NCBI GenBank assembly: GCA_963674855.2
Contig: CAXXST010000001.1
Location: 458,744-522,743 of the forward strand
DNA from: Dehalococcoidales bacterium
GTDB taxonomy: Bacteria; Chloroflexota; Dehalococcoidia; Dehalococcoidales; G020351185
Length of the DNA stretch: 64,000 nt
Reading direction: 5' to 3'
A program made the position numbers and the translations under genes. The notes beneath the pieces were generated by a model, which made no database searches, was not told the origin of the DNA, and worked only from the letters and a program-made list of their open reading frames with translations. Each line of letters opens with the position of its first letter. Within the stretch, counting starts at the first letter, position 1. Below, one piece after another: positions 55,325 through 63,767 of this stretch.

Positions 55325-56308
55325 ATGACAGGACTTTTGGATAAATACCACCGGCGAATTGATTATATGCGGATTTCGGTAACTGACCGCTGTAACCTGT
55401 GTTGTATCTATTGCACTGAACGAGATATGCCCCACCTGACGCATGAAGACGTCTTACGCTATGAAGAGATAGAAAAAATAGTGCAGGCGGCTGCCGCGAT
55501 GGGTGTTAAAAGCCTGCGCCTGACAGGCGGTGAGCCTTTGGTAAGACCGAATCTCGGTAAGCTGGTTAAAATGCTGACTAACATTGAAGGGATTGATGAT
55601 ATCAGCCTGACAACCAATGGTACAATGCTTGCCGGATGCGCCCGGGAATTGAAAGAAGCCGGTCTTATGAGGGTCAATATAAGCCTGGATACATTCAAGC
55701 CGGAAAAATTCAAGCAGATAAGCGGCGCTGATAAACTGAAGGATGTATTTGAAGGCATTGAAGCCGCTAAAAAAGCCGGGTTGATGCCGGTTAAGATAAA
55801 TACAGTGGTTATGCGTGGTATAAATGATGATGAGTTGCTTGATTTTGCTGATAAAACAAAGGAAGATGACTGGCATATAAGATTTATAGAAAAGATGCCG
55901 CTGGTGGCAAGCGAACCCGGGAATAACGATATGGTATCCATAGAAGAAATGATGGCTATTATACAGAAGGAATATGGAAAACTGGAGCCGTGCATGTCAA
56001 AATCCGGGAAAGGGCCGGCGAAATATTACAGGTTGCCGGGCGCCAAGGGAACACTGGGTTTCATAGGCCCGGTAACGGATTGTTTCTGCGCCACCTGTAA
56101 CCGCTTCCGCCTGACCGCAGATGGCAGATTACGACCATGCCTGCTGGAAGAGGATGAGGTAGATATAAAAGGGCCGTTGCGTGCCGGCGCCAGCATAGAA
56201 GAACTGGCAAAATTGATGCAGCAGACGGCTGAACTGAAAAGGGAACGTCATCGCATCGGTAAGGACTTTGTTTCCGGTAAACGTAAGATGTGGCAGATTG
56301 GCGGATAG
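55325..56308 (+). CDS. moaA: GTP 3',8-cyclase MoaA
   Basis: 327-aa ORF with the radical-SAM motif CNLCCIYC and a C-terminal auxiliary cluster CFCATCNRFRLTADGRLRPC. Confidence 0.95.
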   Translation: MTGLLDKYHRRIDYMRISVTDRCNLCCIYCTERDMPHLTHEDVLRYEEIEKIVQAAAAMGVKSLRLTGGEPLVRPNLGKLVKMLTNIEGIDDISLTTNGTMLAGCARELKEAGLMRVNISLDTFKPEKFKQISGADKLKDVFEGIEAAKKAGLMPVKINTVVMRGINDDELLDFADKTKEDDWHIRFIEKMPLVASEPGNNDMVSIEEMMAIIQKEYGKLEPCMSKSGKGPAKYYRLPGAKGTLGFIGPVTDCFCATCNRFRLTADGRLRPCLLEEDEVDIKGPLRAGASIEELAKLMQQTAELKRERHRIGKDFVSGKRKMWQIGG

Positions 56309-56329
56309 TATATAATAGGGGCTGAAATT

Positions 56330-56812
56330 ATGGATGAACTGAGTCATGTAAATAAAAAAGGTGAAGCGCGAATGGTGGATGTGTCGCAGAAGGATGATAC
56401 GCTGCGGAAAGCGGTGGTAAGCGGCGGCGTCAGGATGAAACCTTCAACGCTGGAAATGATAAAGCAGAACCAGATAAAGAAGGGGGATGTGCTTTCGGTA
56501 GCCAGGGTAGCCGGCATCATGGCGGCAAAGAAAACTCCAGAGCTTATCCCGATGTGCCACCCGATTATTATAGATAATATAACCATAGATTTTTCCTTTG
56601 AGGGTGCAGATTACATAAAGATAACCGCCGGCGCTAAAAGCAGCGGTAAAACCGGTGTAGAGATGGAAGCCCTGCTGGCGGCGACGGTTGCCGCCGCAAC
56701 CATATACGATATGTGCAAGGCGGTTGACCGCGGCATGGTCATAGAGAAAGTTTGCCTGGAATCAAAAAGCGGCGGGAAAAGCGGTGTTTTCAAGAGGTGC
56801 GAAAGTGGCTAA
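56330..56812 (+). CDS. moaC: cyclic pyranopterin monophosphate synthase MoaC
   Basis: 160-aa ORF with the MoaC pattern (KGDVLSVARVAGIMAAKKTPELIPMCHP, TGVEMEALLA). Confidence 0.94.
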   Translation: MDELSHVNKKGEARMVDVSQKDDTLRKAVVSGGVRMKPSTLEMIKQNQIKKGDVLSVARVAGIMAAKKTPELIPMCHPIIIDNITIDFSFEGADYIKITAGAKSSGKTGVEMEALLAATVAAATIYDMCKAVDRGMVIEKVCLESKSGGKSGVFKRCESG

Positions 56813-57239
56813 GATAGTGGCGGTCTGCGTCAGTGACAAAAAAGGGCAGAAGAAAAAGGATGTTGGACAAGGGGATTTCAGAGAAGGCTATGGCATTATA
56901 GGTGATGCCCACGCCGATGCCAAAAGCCACCGCCAGGTAAGCCTGCTGGCAATAGCAAGTATTGAGAAGATGCAGAATATGGGCGCTGATGTTGGTCCCG
57001 GAGCATTTGCTGAAAACCTTACCGTGGAAGGCCTGGAAGTGCATACGCTGCCGCTGGGCACACGTTTTGCCATAGGTGAAAGCGTAATTCTGGAAATGAC
57101 GCAAATAGGTAAGAAGTGCCATGACCGCTGCGCCATTTTCAAGCAGGTAGGTACATGTGTAATGCCGCTTGAGGGCGTATTCACAAAGGTAATAAAGGGT
57201 GGTGCGGTAAAGGTGGGGGATGAGCTTAAACTAACCTAG
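56805..57239 (+). CDS. MOSC domain-containing protein
   Basis: A MOSC-like beta-barrel ORF follows moaC. I chose the GTG at 56805, which overlaps the moaC stop, whereas the track start at 56784 lies inside moaC. The exact start is uncertain. Confidence 0.7.
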   Translation: MAKIVAVCVSDKKGQKKKDVGQGDFREGYGIIGDAHADAKSHRQVSLLAIASIEKMQNMGADVGPGAFAENLTVEGLEVHTLPLGTRFAIGESVILEMTQIGKKCHDRCAIFKQVGTCVMPLEGVFTKVIKGGAVKVGDELKLT

Positions 57240-58441
57240 AAAAGGGTCACTTTTACCATATTGCCCTTTTCCATTATATCCACATTTTCATTGAGAACTA
57301 TATAACCATTGGCTTTTGCTGTGCCGGTAATAGAGCCGGATTCCTTGAATATAGGCACAGCAGTGCTGCCCTCCAGACGAACCGGTAAAAATTGTTTCCT
57401 GCCGGTACTGCCGGGAACCCTCTCGCTGAGTTCGGCATCTATAATAACACTGGTTTTTTGCGGCAGGTGCGCCATTTTCCTTAATGCCGGTAGCAGCAGT
57501 ATATAGGCATTCATAAGACAAGAAGTTGGATAGCCGGGCATACCGAAAATAGGTTTTCCTTTGACGATGGCAAACATCGTCGGCTTGCCCGGTTTTATCT
57601 GGATGCCGTGGAAAAGCACTTCACCCATCTCCTCCAGAATGCCAAAAAGCAGGTCACGCTCGCCAACGGACGAACCGCCGGAGAAAACAAGCATATCGTA
57701 TTCCAGCCCTGCTTCAATAGTCTCTTTTAATTCCCCAATGCTGTCGCCGGAAATAGCAAAACTGATTGGTTGGCAGCCGTTATTGGCTACCACAGCGCTT
57801 ATAGTGTGTGAATTAATATCATAAATCTGGGTTGGTTTTAGCTTATTACCAACAGAGCCGATTTCTTCGCCGGTAGGGATAACTGCTACCCTGGGTTTCC
57901 TGTATACACTGGCATGGATCAAGCCTTGCGAAGCCAGCACACCAATGTTAGCCGGGCTTAAGAAGTAGCCTTCTTTAAGCACCAGCTCTCCCTTTTTAAT
58001 ATCCTCGCCGATGGGGGCTATATTTGAACCGGGAGAGGTGGACTTTATGACCTTTATGCGGTTGCCTTCGCGGCTGACGTTTTCAATCATTACCACGGCA
58101 TCTGCGCCGCGTGGCATCTTGGCGCCGGTGGCAACCTGTATGCATTCTCCGGCATTTACCATTTTTTGCGGCAATCCGCCGGCGTAAACGGCATCGGTTA
58201 CATCCAGCATAACGGGATTCTGACGGGAAGCGCTGAAGGTGTCTTTGGCTTTAAGCGCATAGCCGTCAACGGCGGCTCTGTCAAAGGGGGGCGTGCTGCG
58301 GTTGGCAACAATGTCCTCTGCCAGTATGCGGTTAAGGCAGTCATCAATTTTAAGTTTTTCGGTTGCGGTAACAGGTAATATGCTGGTGTTTATTATATCG
58401 GTGGCTTTTTCAAAGGAGAGCAGTGTTCCAAAGGGTTTCAT
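57236..58441 (-). CDS. moeA: molybdopterin molybdenumtransferase MoeA
   Basis: 401-aa ORF with MoeA N-terminal, MoCF-biosynthesis (SGGSSVGERD) and C-terminal domains. Confidence 0.92.
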   Translation of the reverse strand: MKPFGTLLSFEKATDIINTSILPVTATEKLKIDDCLNRILAEDIVANRSTPPFDRAAVDGYALKAKDTFSASRQNPVMLDVTDAVYAGGLPQKMVNAGECIQVATGAKMPRGADAVVMIENVSREGNRIKVIKSTSPGSNIAPIGEDIKKGELVLKEGYFLSPANIGVLASQGLIHASVYRKPRVAVIPTGEEIGSVGNKLKPTQIYDINSHTISAVVANNGCQPISFAISGDSIGELKETIEAGLEYDMLVFSGGSSVGERDLLFGILEEMGEVLFHGIQIKPGKPTMFAIVKGKPIFGMPGYPTSCLMNAYILLLPALRKMAHLPQKTSVIIDAELSERVPGSTGRKQFLPVRLEGSTAVPIFKESGSITGTAKANGYIVLNENVDIMEKGNMVKVTLF

Positions 58442-58941
58442 CTTGTTGCTTCTCTGACCATATGACCGGCTTCAGGCAGGATAATCTGCTGCATTGCCAT
58501 CTTAACCGCTCCCAGTGAACCCGGCAGGCATATAATTACCTTGCCCTGGGATACGCCCGCCAGCGCTCGGCTCATAATGCTGCCCGTTTTGATTTCCTGA
58601 TAGGATAGATGGCGGAAAAGTTCACCGAAACCGTCCATCTTTTTATCCAGAACGGGTAACAATGTTTCTATAGTAACATCACGGTGGCTTATGCCGGTGC
58701 CGCCGCTGATTATAATAACCTGCAAGCCGTTTTCATAGAGCAATTCGTCTATCGTCTGGTAGATGGAATCGGCATCGTTTTTTAGAATAAGGTATGAAAG
58801 CACCTTGTGCCCGTTGTCTTTAAGCGCCTGCATAATGAACTTGCCTGATTCGTCGTTTTCCTGGGTGCGGCTGTCTGAAACAATAACGACAGCGAAACTG
58901 ACGCTTACGGGAGAAAGATGTTTGTGTTCCTGATAGCCCAT
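58438..58941 (-). CDS. moaB: MoaB/Mog family molybdenum cofactor biosynthesis protein
   Basis: MoCF_biosynth domain (VIVSDSR, IISGGTGISHRD). I preferred the internal Met at 58941 over the track start at 58980. It overlaps the moeA start by 4 nt. Confidence 0.85.
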   Translation of the reverse strand: MGYQEHKHLSPVSVSFAVVIVSDSRTQENDESGKFIMQALKDNGHKVLSYLILKNDADSIYQTIDELLYENGLQVIIISGGTGISHRDVTIETLLPVLDKKMDGFGELFRHLSYQEIKTGSIMSRALAGVSQGKVIICLPGSLGAVKMAMQQIILPEAGHMVREATR

Positions 58942-59042
58942 TACAATAAATATTATACACATACAACAAAAATGGCGCAAGAAAACTTGAGTTTTACATG
59001 GCTGTCAGTATATTATAAAGGCTGCAACCTGGAGGTAAATAA

Positions 59043-59939
59043 ATGTATAAGAATATACTTGTTCCGCTGGACGGCTCTGAGCTTGCTAATATAGCGCTCA
59101 CCTATGCCAACGAAATGGCAAACAGGCTGCCGGGGATAAATATAGAACTTCTGCATGTTCATAACCAGAAGGAAGGCATCCATGATGCCATGCACAAAGC
59201 CTATATAGAAAATACAGTCGCCAAAAGCATAGAACAGTGGGGTAAAGGCGCCGAAAAAAGAATAAAGGGTAAGTTGGTCATCAGCGGTAATCCGGCGGAT
59301 GAGATTATTAAATACGCGGATAAGCAGAAAACAGACCTTATAATAATGGCTACTCATGGACGCTCTGGGGTAAGCCGCTGGGCAATGGGCAGCGTCGCCT
59401 ATAAAGTAATACGCTCGGTAAACATTCCCATTTGCCTGGTGCATGCCGGAATAAGCGAGGAAGTAATCCGTCAGAAATCAGGCGGCAAGGTATGTATAGT
59501 GCCGCTGGATGGCACAAAAAAGGCTGAATCGGTATTACCGCATGTGAAGGCGCTGGCGAAACAGTATAACGATGATCTGGAGGTTGTCCTGCTGCGCGTT
59601 TGCCCGAAACCGGAAATATCATCAGACTACCCACATAGTATGCCTGTAAGCTGGGAAGACCATGTAGAGCAGGAACAGGCTAAATGCAAGATAGAATCCG
59701 GCGTATATTTAGCTGGAATAGTTAAACAATTCAAGAAAGAGGGCATAAATACGCGCATGGAACTGCCCATTGGAGACCCGGCGAAACAGATTATAAAATA
59801 TGACGCTGCCAGTGAAAGCCGTTTTATAATAATGAGTACACACGGACGTTCCGGTATAAGCCGCTGGGCTTACGGCAGCGTTGCCGAAAGCGTTATGCTG
59901 GGGACTCAAACACCTATAATAATGGTCAGACAAGAATAA
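59043..59939 (+). CDS. universal stress protein, tandem UspA domains
   Basis: 298-aa ORF with two Usp domains, each carrying the ATP-binding G-x2-G-x9-G(S/T) region (ATHGRSGVSRWAMGSVA and STHGRSGISRWAYGSVA). Confidence 0.9.
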   Translation: MYKNILVPLDGSELANIALTYANEMANRLPGINIELLHVHNQKEGIHDAMHKAYIENTVAKSIEQWGKGAEKRIKGKLVISGNPADEIIKYADKQKTDLIIMATHGRSGVSRWAMGSVAYKVIRSVNIPICLVHAGISEEVIRQKSGGKVCIVPLDGTKKAESVLPHVKALAKQYNDDLEVVLLRVCPKPEISSDYPHSMPVSWEDHVEQEQAKCKIESGVYLAGIVKQFKKEGINTRMELPIGDPAKQIIKYDAASESRFIIMSTHGRSGISRWAYGSVAESVMLGTQTPIIMVRQE

Positions 59940-60219
59940 TATATTACATAATATATTAAGCCACTCCTCACCTTATATTTGGAAATAATTTAAAATCCCC
60001 CTAACCCCCCCCTTTTTTCCAAGAGGGGGATAAAAATCTCTCCCTTTACGAAACGGAGATTAAGAGGGATTTATAGCGCAATAATACAATTTAAACCTGT
60101 GCTACATAGTATTGCTGTTGATATTCGGTATAGGCTGTTATAAAATTATCCTGTAATACACCAGCCAACCAAAAGACCGAAATTCCGGGCAAAATACAAA
60201 CATAAGGGAAGGTATTGCT

Positions 60220-62106
60220 ATGCTGAAAGATGAAATAAACGAAGGTGAAGAGATAGCAAAATCAACCAAAGCAGCGGTTGAGGAGTCTATAAAGGTATCG
60301 CGGGAAGCCATAAAAAGCGCCCAGAGAATCAGCAAAGCTAACAAAAAATACGCCGATGAAACAAAAAAGGCGGCTCAGGAAGCTATAAACCGGGCTGATA
60401 GAACTGCAAGAACAGCAGAGGAGATGGCGCAGGAATATGCCAGAAAATATGAAACGGCGATAGCCCGCGCCGAAAAGGCTGCCGAGATAGCCGCTGAAAC
60501 AACCGATGCGCTGAACAGGGGTTTCATGCAGGCAATGGAAAGAGCCGAAGCCAGCCTGAAATCAACACAGGAAAGCGCAGAGGCATTAGCTGTTTCGTAT
60601 AGGGAAGCAATTAAAAAGGCAGAGGAAAGAGCAGAGGCAAGCATACAATCAACGCAAAGAACTGCCGAAGAAAACATAAAATCAACACGGGAAAACGCCG
60701 AAGCATTAGCTGCTTCCTATCGGGAAGCAACAAGACAGGCGGAAGAAAGGGTTGAAGAAAATATACGGTCAGCACGGAAAATCGCTGAGGAAAGTATAAA
60801 GTCAACCAAAGAAACCGCAGAGGCTTTGACGGCGGCTTATAAAGAAACAGCCATTCAGGCTGAAGAGCAGGTAAACGAAGTAAAAGAAAGCGTGAGAGCA
60901 GCCATACGGGAATCCCAGAAGACAATGAAAAAGGTTGATAAGAATATAAGGACGACACAGGAAAAGGCAGAGCGCTCTATAAGCGTAGCCCGGGAGGTGC
61001 TTTTAACAGCCGATGAAATGGAAAGAACGGTTGGCGAAGACGCCAGCGAGGCTCTGCGCGTATCCACAGAAGCCAAAAGCCGGGTTGAAGAGGTGGTTGA
61101 ACTGGCACGAAAAGTTACATCAGAGGCCAAGATAGCCTCGAGGGATGCGGTGCGCAGCGCTGAAAAGGCGGCAAAAACCGCAGAAGATTCGGTGAAAACA
61201 TATAATACGGATTTCAACAAGGCGATAAGAAAAGCCGAAGAAGCCAGTGGCTGGGCAAGGCAGGCAGCCGAGAAATCAATGAACAAATCGCAGGAGGCCA
61301 TAAAGCGCATAGAAGAAATGAGCCGATCCTCCAGAGAGGTTGCCGAGGAGTCTATAGAAGTATCGCGCGGGGCAATAGCCCGAGCCGAGGAAGTGGGCAA
61401 GGAAGCGTTAACCGCCGCCGAAGAAGCGCAAAAAGCATCGCGGGAGGCGGCGCATATAGCCGAAGAGATGAGCAAATCAGCCAGACAGTTGGCTGAAGAA
61501 TCAGTGGCAGAGTCCCGGGAATCAGCCAAAAAAGCTTATGAAATCAGCAAATCGGCAATGGATACAGTTATTGCATGGAAGGAAGAGTTCCAGCAGGCAT
61601 TAAGTAAGGCGGAGGAAATAGTCAATTCCGCTATAGAGATAACCGGAAGCTCAAAGAAAACATCGCAGGAAGCCATAAAGCAGATTGAGGAAAAGAGCCT
61701 GTCGGCAAAGCAGGAAGCAGGGAAAGCAATAGCCGCCGCCAGACAAGCTGCCGAAACATCCAGAAAAGCCGCTCAGAAGGCTGCCGATGCCTGGATAGGC
61801 ACTTTCCGAGAGCTGGCTGACGAAGCCGGAGACGTCCGGCGCACGACGGGCAGAATAACCCGTAATATAGCCGAAGAAATGGCAAAGCTGCCGGAAGATA
61901 TTGAAGACGGAGTGGTGCTGGAATGCAGCAATGAAGCGGCGCCAACAGAAGTAAAGGAAAATGGCAAGGGCGGAAAGAAAGCGGAAAAGAAGGGCGTTAA
62001 AGATATGCGCAAATCCCGCCTGGAAGCCCTGGAAAAGATGTTTGCTTCTAACAAGGGCGAAACGGAAGACGACAGCCCGTCTATAGATTTAGAAGACGAC
62101 GACTAG
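60220..62106 (+). CDS. Ala/Glu/Lys-rich, predicted all-alpha coiled-coil protein with 40-aa tandem repeats and acidic C-terminal tail
   Basis: 628-aa ORF with no TM segment or signal peptide. It has a pervasive A-x-E-x-[SA]-x-K/R heptad- or 11-mer-like pattern, three exact-period 40-aa repeats, and the tail GETEDDSPSIDLEDDD. The SD AAGGGAAGG is present. Confidence 0.75.
   Translation: MLKDEINEGEEIAKSTKAAVEESIKVSREAIKSAQRISKANKKYADETKKAAQEAINRADRTARTAEEMAQEYARKYETAIARAEKAAEIAAETTDALNRGFMQAMERAEASLKSTQESAEALAVSYREAIKKAEERAEASIQSTQRTAEENIKSTRENAEALAASYREATRQAEERVEENIRSARKIAEESIKSTKETAEALTAAYKETAIQAEEQVNEVKESVRAAIRESQKTMKKVDKNIRTTQEKAERSISVAREVLLTADEMERTVGEDASEALRVSTEAKSRVEEVVELARKVTSEAKIASRDAVRSAEKAAKTAEDSVKTYNTDFNKAIRKAEEASGWARQAAEKSMNKSQEAIKRIEEMSRSSREVAEESIEVSRGAIARAEEVGKEALTAAEEAQKASREAAHIAEEMSKSARQLAEESVAESRESAKKAYEISKSAMDTVIAWKEEFQQALSKAEEIVNSAIEITGSSKKTSQEAIKQIEEKSLSAKQEAGKAIAAARQAAETSRKAAQKAADAWIGTFRELADEAGDVRRTTGRITRNIAEEMAKLPEDIEDGVVLECSNEAAPTEVKENGKGGKKAEKKGVKDMRKSRLEALEKMFASNKGETEDDSPSIDLEDDD
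60556..60915 (+). repeat. three tandem 120-nt (40-codon) in-frame repeats inside the coiled-coil gene
   Basis: The units start at 60556, 60676 and 60796, with the consensus [LI]KST[QRK]E[SNT]AEAL[AT][VA][SA]Y[RK]E[AT]..[KQ]AEE[RQ]. DNA identity between units is clearly visible by eye. Confidence 0.85.
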
Positions 62107-62115
62107 ATTATTAAA

Positions 62116-63291
62116 TTAAAGCAGCGAGGGAATGTCCTTGAAGGCTTCCTCTATGCCCCTGTGCTGGAAATCTATGCTTCCCTGACGCCTCTTGGCAGTA
62201 GATATATAGCTTATCGCTTTTGTGAAGTAGTTCATCACTTTCTTTGAATTGACCAGTTCTGAAAGTATGGTGGTTACCTCAATCGTGTTCTTGCCTCTGG
62301 GGTAATCACCGCTTCTTATGACGGCTTCGGTTGCCATACTCTTCAGTGAAGAAGAAAGCTCTTTTATAAGGTCCATGCTCATCAGTTCGTGCGGCGCCGT
62401 CAGCAGGTATAAGCCCTTTCTTGCGTCTGTGGGGTTGCACTTCAGTGAAAGCTCTCCCAGTGCTTCATCCATAACCTGGATACCCTTTTGTGTAGAGCCG
62501 CCTTTATCCCTGAAATCGCGTTTGCCGTCAAAGGGAAGCCTCATGCGGGACATCTTCTCCCTGCCATGACCGATAACCGTCCAGCCTGCCAGCGTCTGGA
62601 TAATGTCTCCGGCGTCCAGTACACGGGAACCGACATACCTGGAATCCGTCTCTTCGCCGGCGCAAAGCAGGTTATAAAACGGCTTGACGATATGATAATT
62701 GATTTTAGCCAGGTTGTTTTTTATAGAGACGTTTTTGGTGATGTAACGCTGGTTATCAACCAGGAAAATGGCATCTGCCGCAAGATAGGCGGACTTGAGG
62801 CAGGTGCCTACATTATAGATAGACCTCTCCTCGGTAATCTCTTCATATTTGAAGGGCAGGACAATCATGTTGTAAACCGGCTTATCTACAAAACGCTCCT
62901 TAAGCTGCTGGGTGAATGCCGGAACAGAGCCCGAACCGGTTCCGCCGGCAGCCGAACCAACCACCAGAAAGGCATCCGTGTCAGCGAACTTATCGGTGGC
63001 GCGGATAGCTTCTATAACTTTGTCTCCATCATCATGGGCAATTTCAGCGCCGATGTCGTTCATCTTGCCGACGCCATGACCGCCGGTCTTCTTGCTGCCG
63101 ATGAGAATTCGGTGCTGGAAATCAGACTTTATATAGTTAAGCCCACTGAGGTCAGCCACATCTGTGTTGACCGCCAGGATATTGGTAACTATGGAAAGCC
63201 CGCGCTGGGCGCGGGCAACTCTATTCAAACGGGAGAATTCGTCGGCAATCCTGCCGCCGCACTGACCGCAACCTATAACCAGAAACTTCAC
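62116..63291 (-). CDS. tubulin/FtsZ-superfamily GTPase, CetZ-like (paralog 2)
   Basis: 391-aa ORF with a GTG start preceded by GGAGG. It has T1 VIGCGQCGGRIADEF, T4 AAGGTGSG, VDNQRY, LDAGDIIQTL and GDYP. About half of its positions are identical to paralog 1 by eye. Confidence 0.8.
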   Translation of the reverse strand: MKFLVIGCGQCGGRIADEFSRLNRVARAQRGLSIVTNILAVNTDVADLSGLNYIKSDFQHRILIGSKKTGGHGVGKMNDIGAEIAHDDGDKVIEAIRATDKFADTDAFLVVGSAAGGTGSGSVPAFTQQLKERFVDKPVYNMIVLPFKYEEITEERSIYNVGTCLKSAYLAADAIFLVDNQRYITKNVSIKNNLAKINYHIVKPFYNLLCAGEETDSRYVGSRVLDAGDIIQTLAGWTVIGHGREKMSRMRLPFDGKRDFRDKGGSTQKGIQVMDEALGELSLKCNPTDARKGLYLLTAPHELMSMDLIKELSSSLKSMATEAVIRSGDYPRGKNTIEVTTILSELVNSKKVMNYFTKAISYISTAKRRQGSIDFQHRGIEEAFKDIPSLL

Positions 63292-63389
63292 TTCAAACCT
63301 CCGTGTGCTGTTATTCGTATTACCCTGAGGATAATTGGGGCGTTCTGTAAATATCTACTGCGATTGGCGTTTGAAAAGCCAACCTATAA

Positions 63390-63418
63390 AGTTTAATTGT
63401 TTAAAGAATGTAAGTCAA
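63390..63418 (-). promoter_or_regulatory. candidate promoter of CetZ-like gene 2
   Basis: On the minus strand: TTGACT (63418..63413), a 17-nt spacer and TAAACT (63395..63390), about 100 nt upstream of the GTG. Confidence 0.35.
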
Positions 63419-63454
63419 TAGTTAATATGTAGTGGGGGGGGTGGGATATAGAAA

Positions 63455-63691
63455 CTACCAATTAAATATGGATTTAAGTGATTGATATAAAAAATAGTCA
63501 ACAACTCCCCAAGCAATTAAACCTGATGGCAACATAATAAATCCTATAAGCGATTGTATAGCCCCTGAACAATTCTCGCCAAAAACTGCGTCCGTGGTTT
63601 TCTCGAATAAATAGTAGACGAGTGCAGCAGCAGCTAAACCAGCTATAAATAGGATAACAACAACTACCACTGCCCCTAGGAAGTCACCCAT
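63455..63691 (-). CDS. hypothetical small membrane protein
   Basis: 78-aa ORF with two hydrophobic helices, located in the AT-richer right-end segment. Confidence 0.45.
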   Translation of the reverse strand: MGDFLGAVVVVVILFIAGLAAAALVYYLFEKTTDAVFGENCSGAIQSLIGFIMLPSGLIAWGVVDYFLYQSLKSIFNW

Positions 63692-63767
63692 TAACTAGCC
63701 TTTTCATAAATGCATAAAGAATTCGCGGAATTTTAAGTAGTTTGATTTCTGATGATAGCCCTTACTA

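Noticed and set aside
60855-61529. A 224-aa minus-strand ORF, and other antisense ORFs, lie inside the coiled-coil gene.
   Set aside because: The GAA/GCA-rich repetitive sense strand generates open Ser/Ala-rich antisense frames. The sense ORF has an SD and a coherent repeat structure.
62488-63396. A 302-aa plus-strand ORF overlaps CetZ-like paralog 2.
   Set aside because: It is antisense to an ORF with clear tubulin-superfamily motifs and has no motifs of its own. It would also run through that gene's promoter region.
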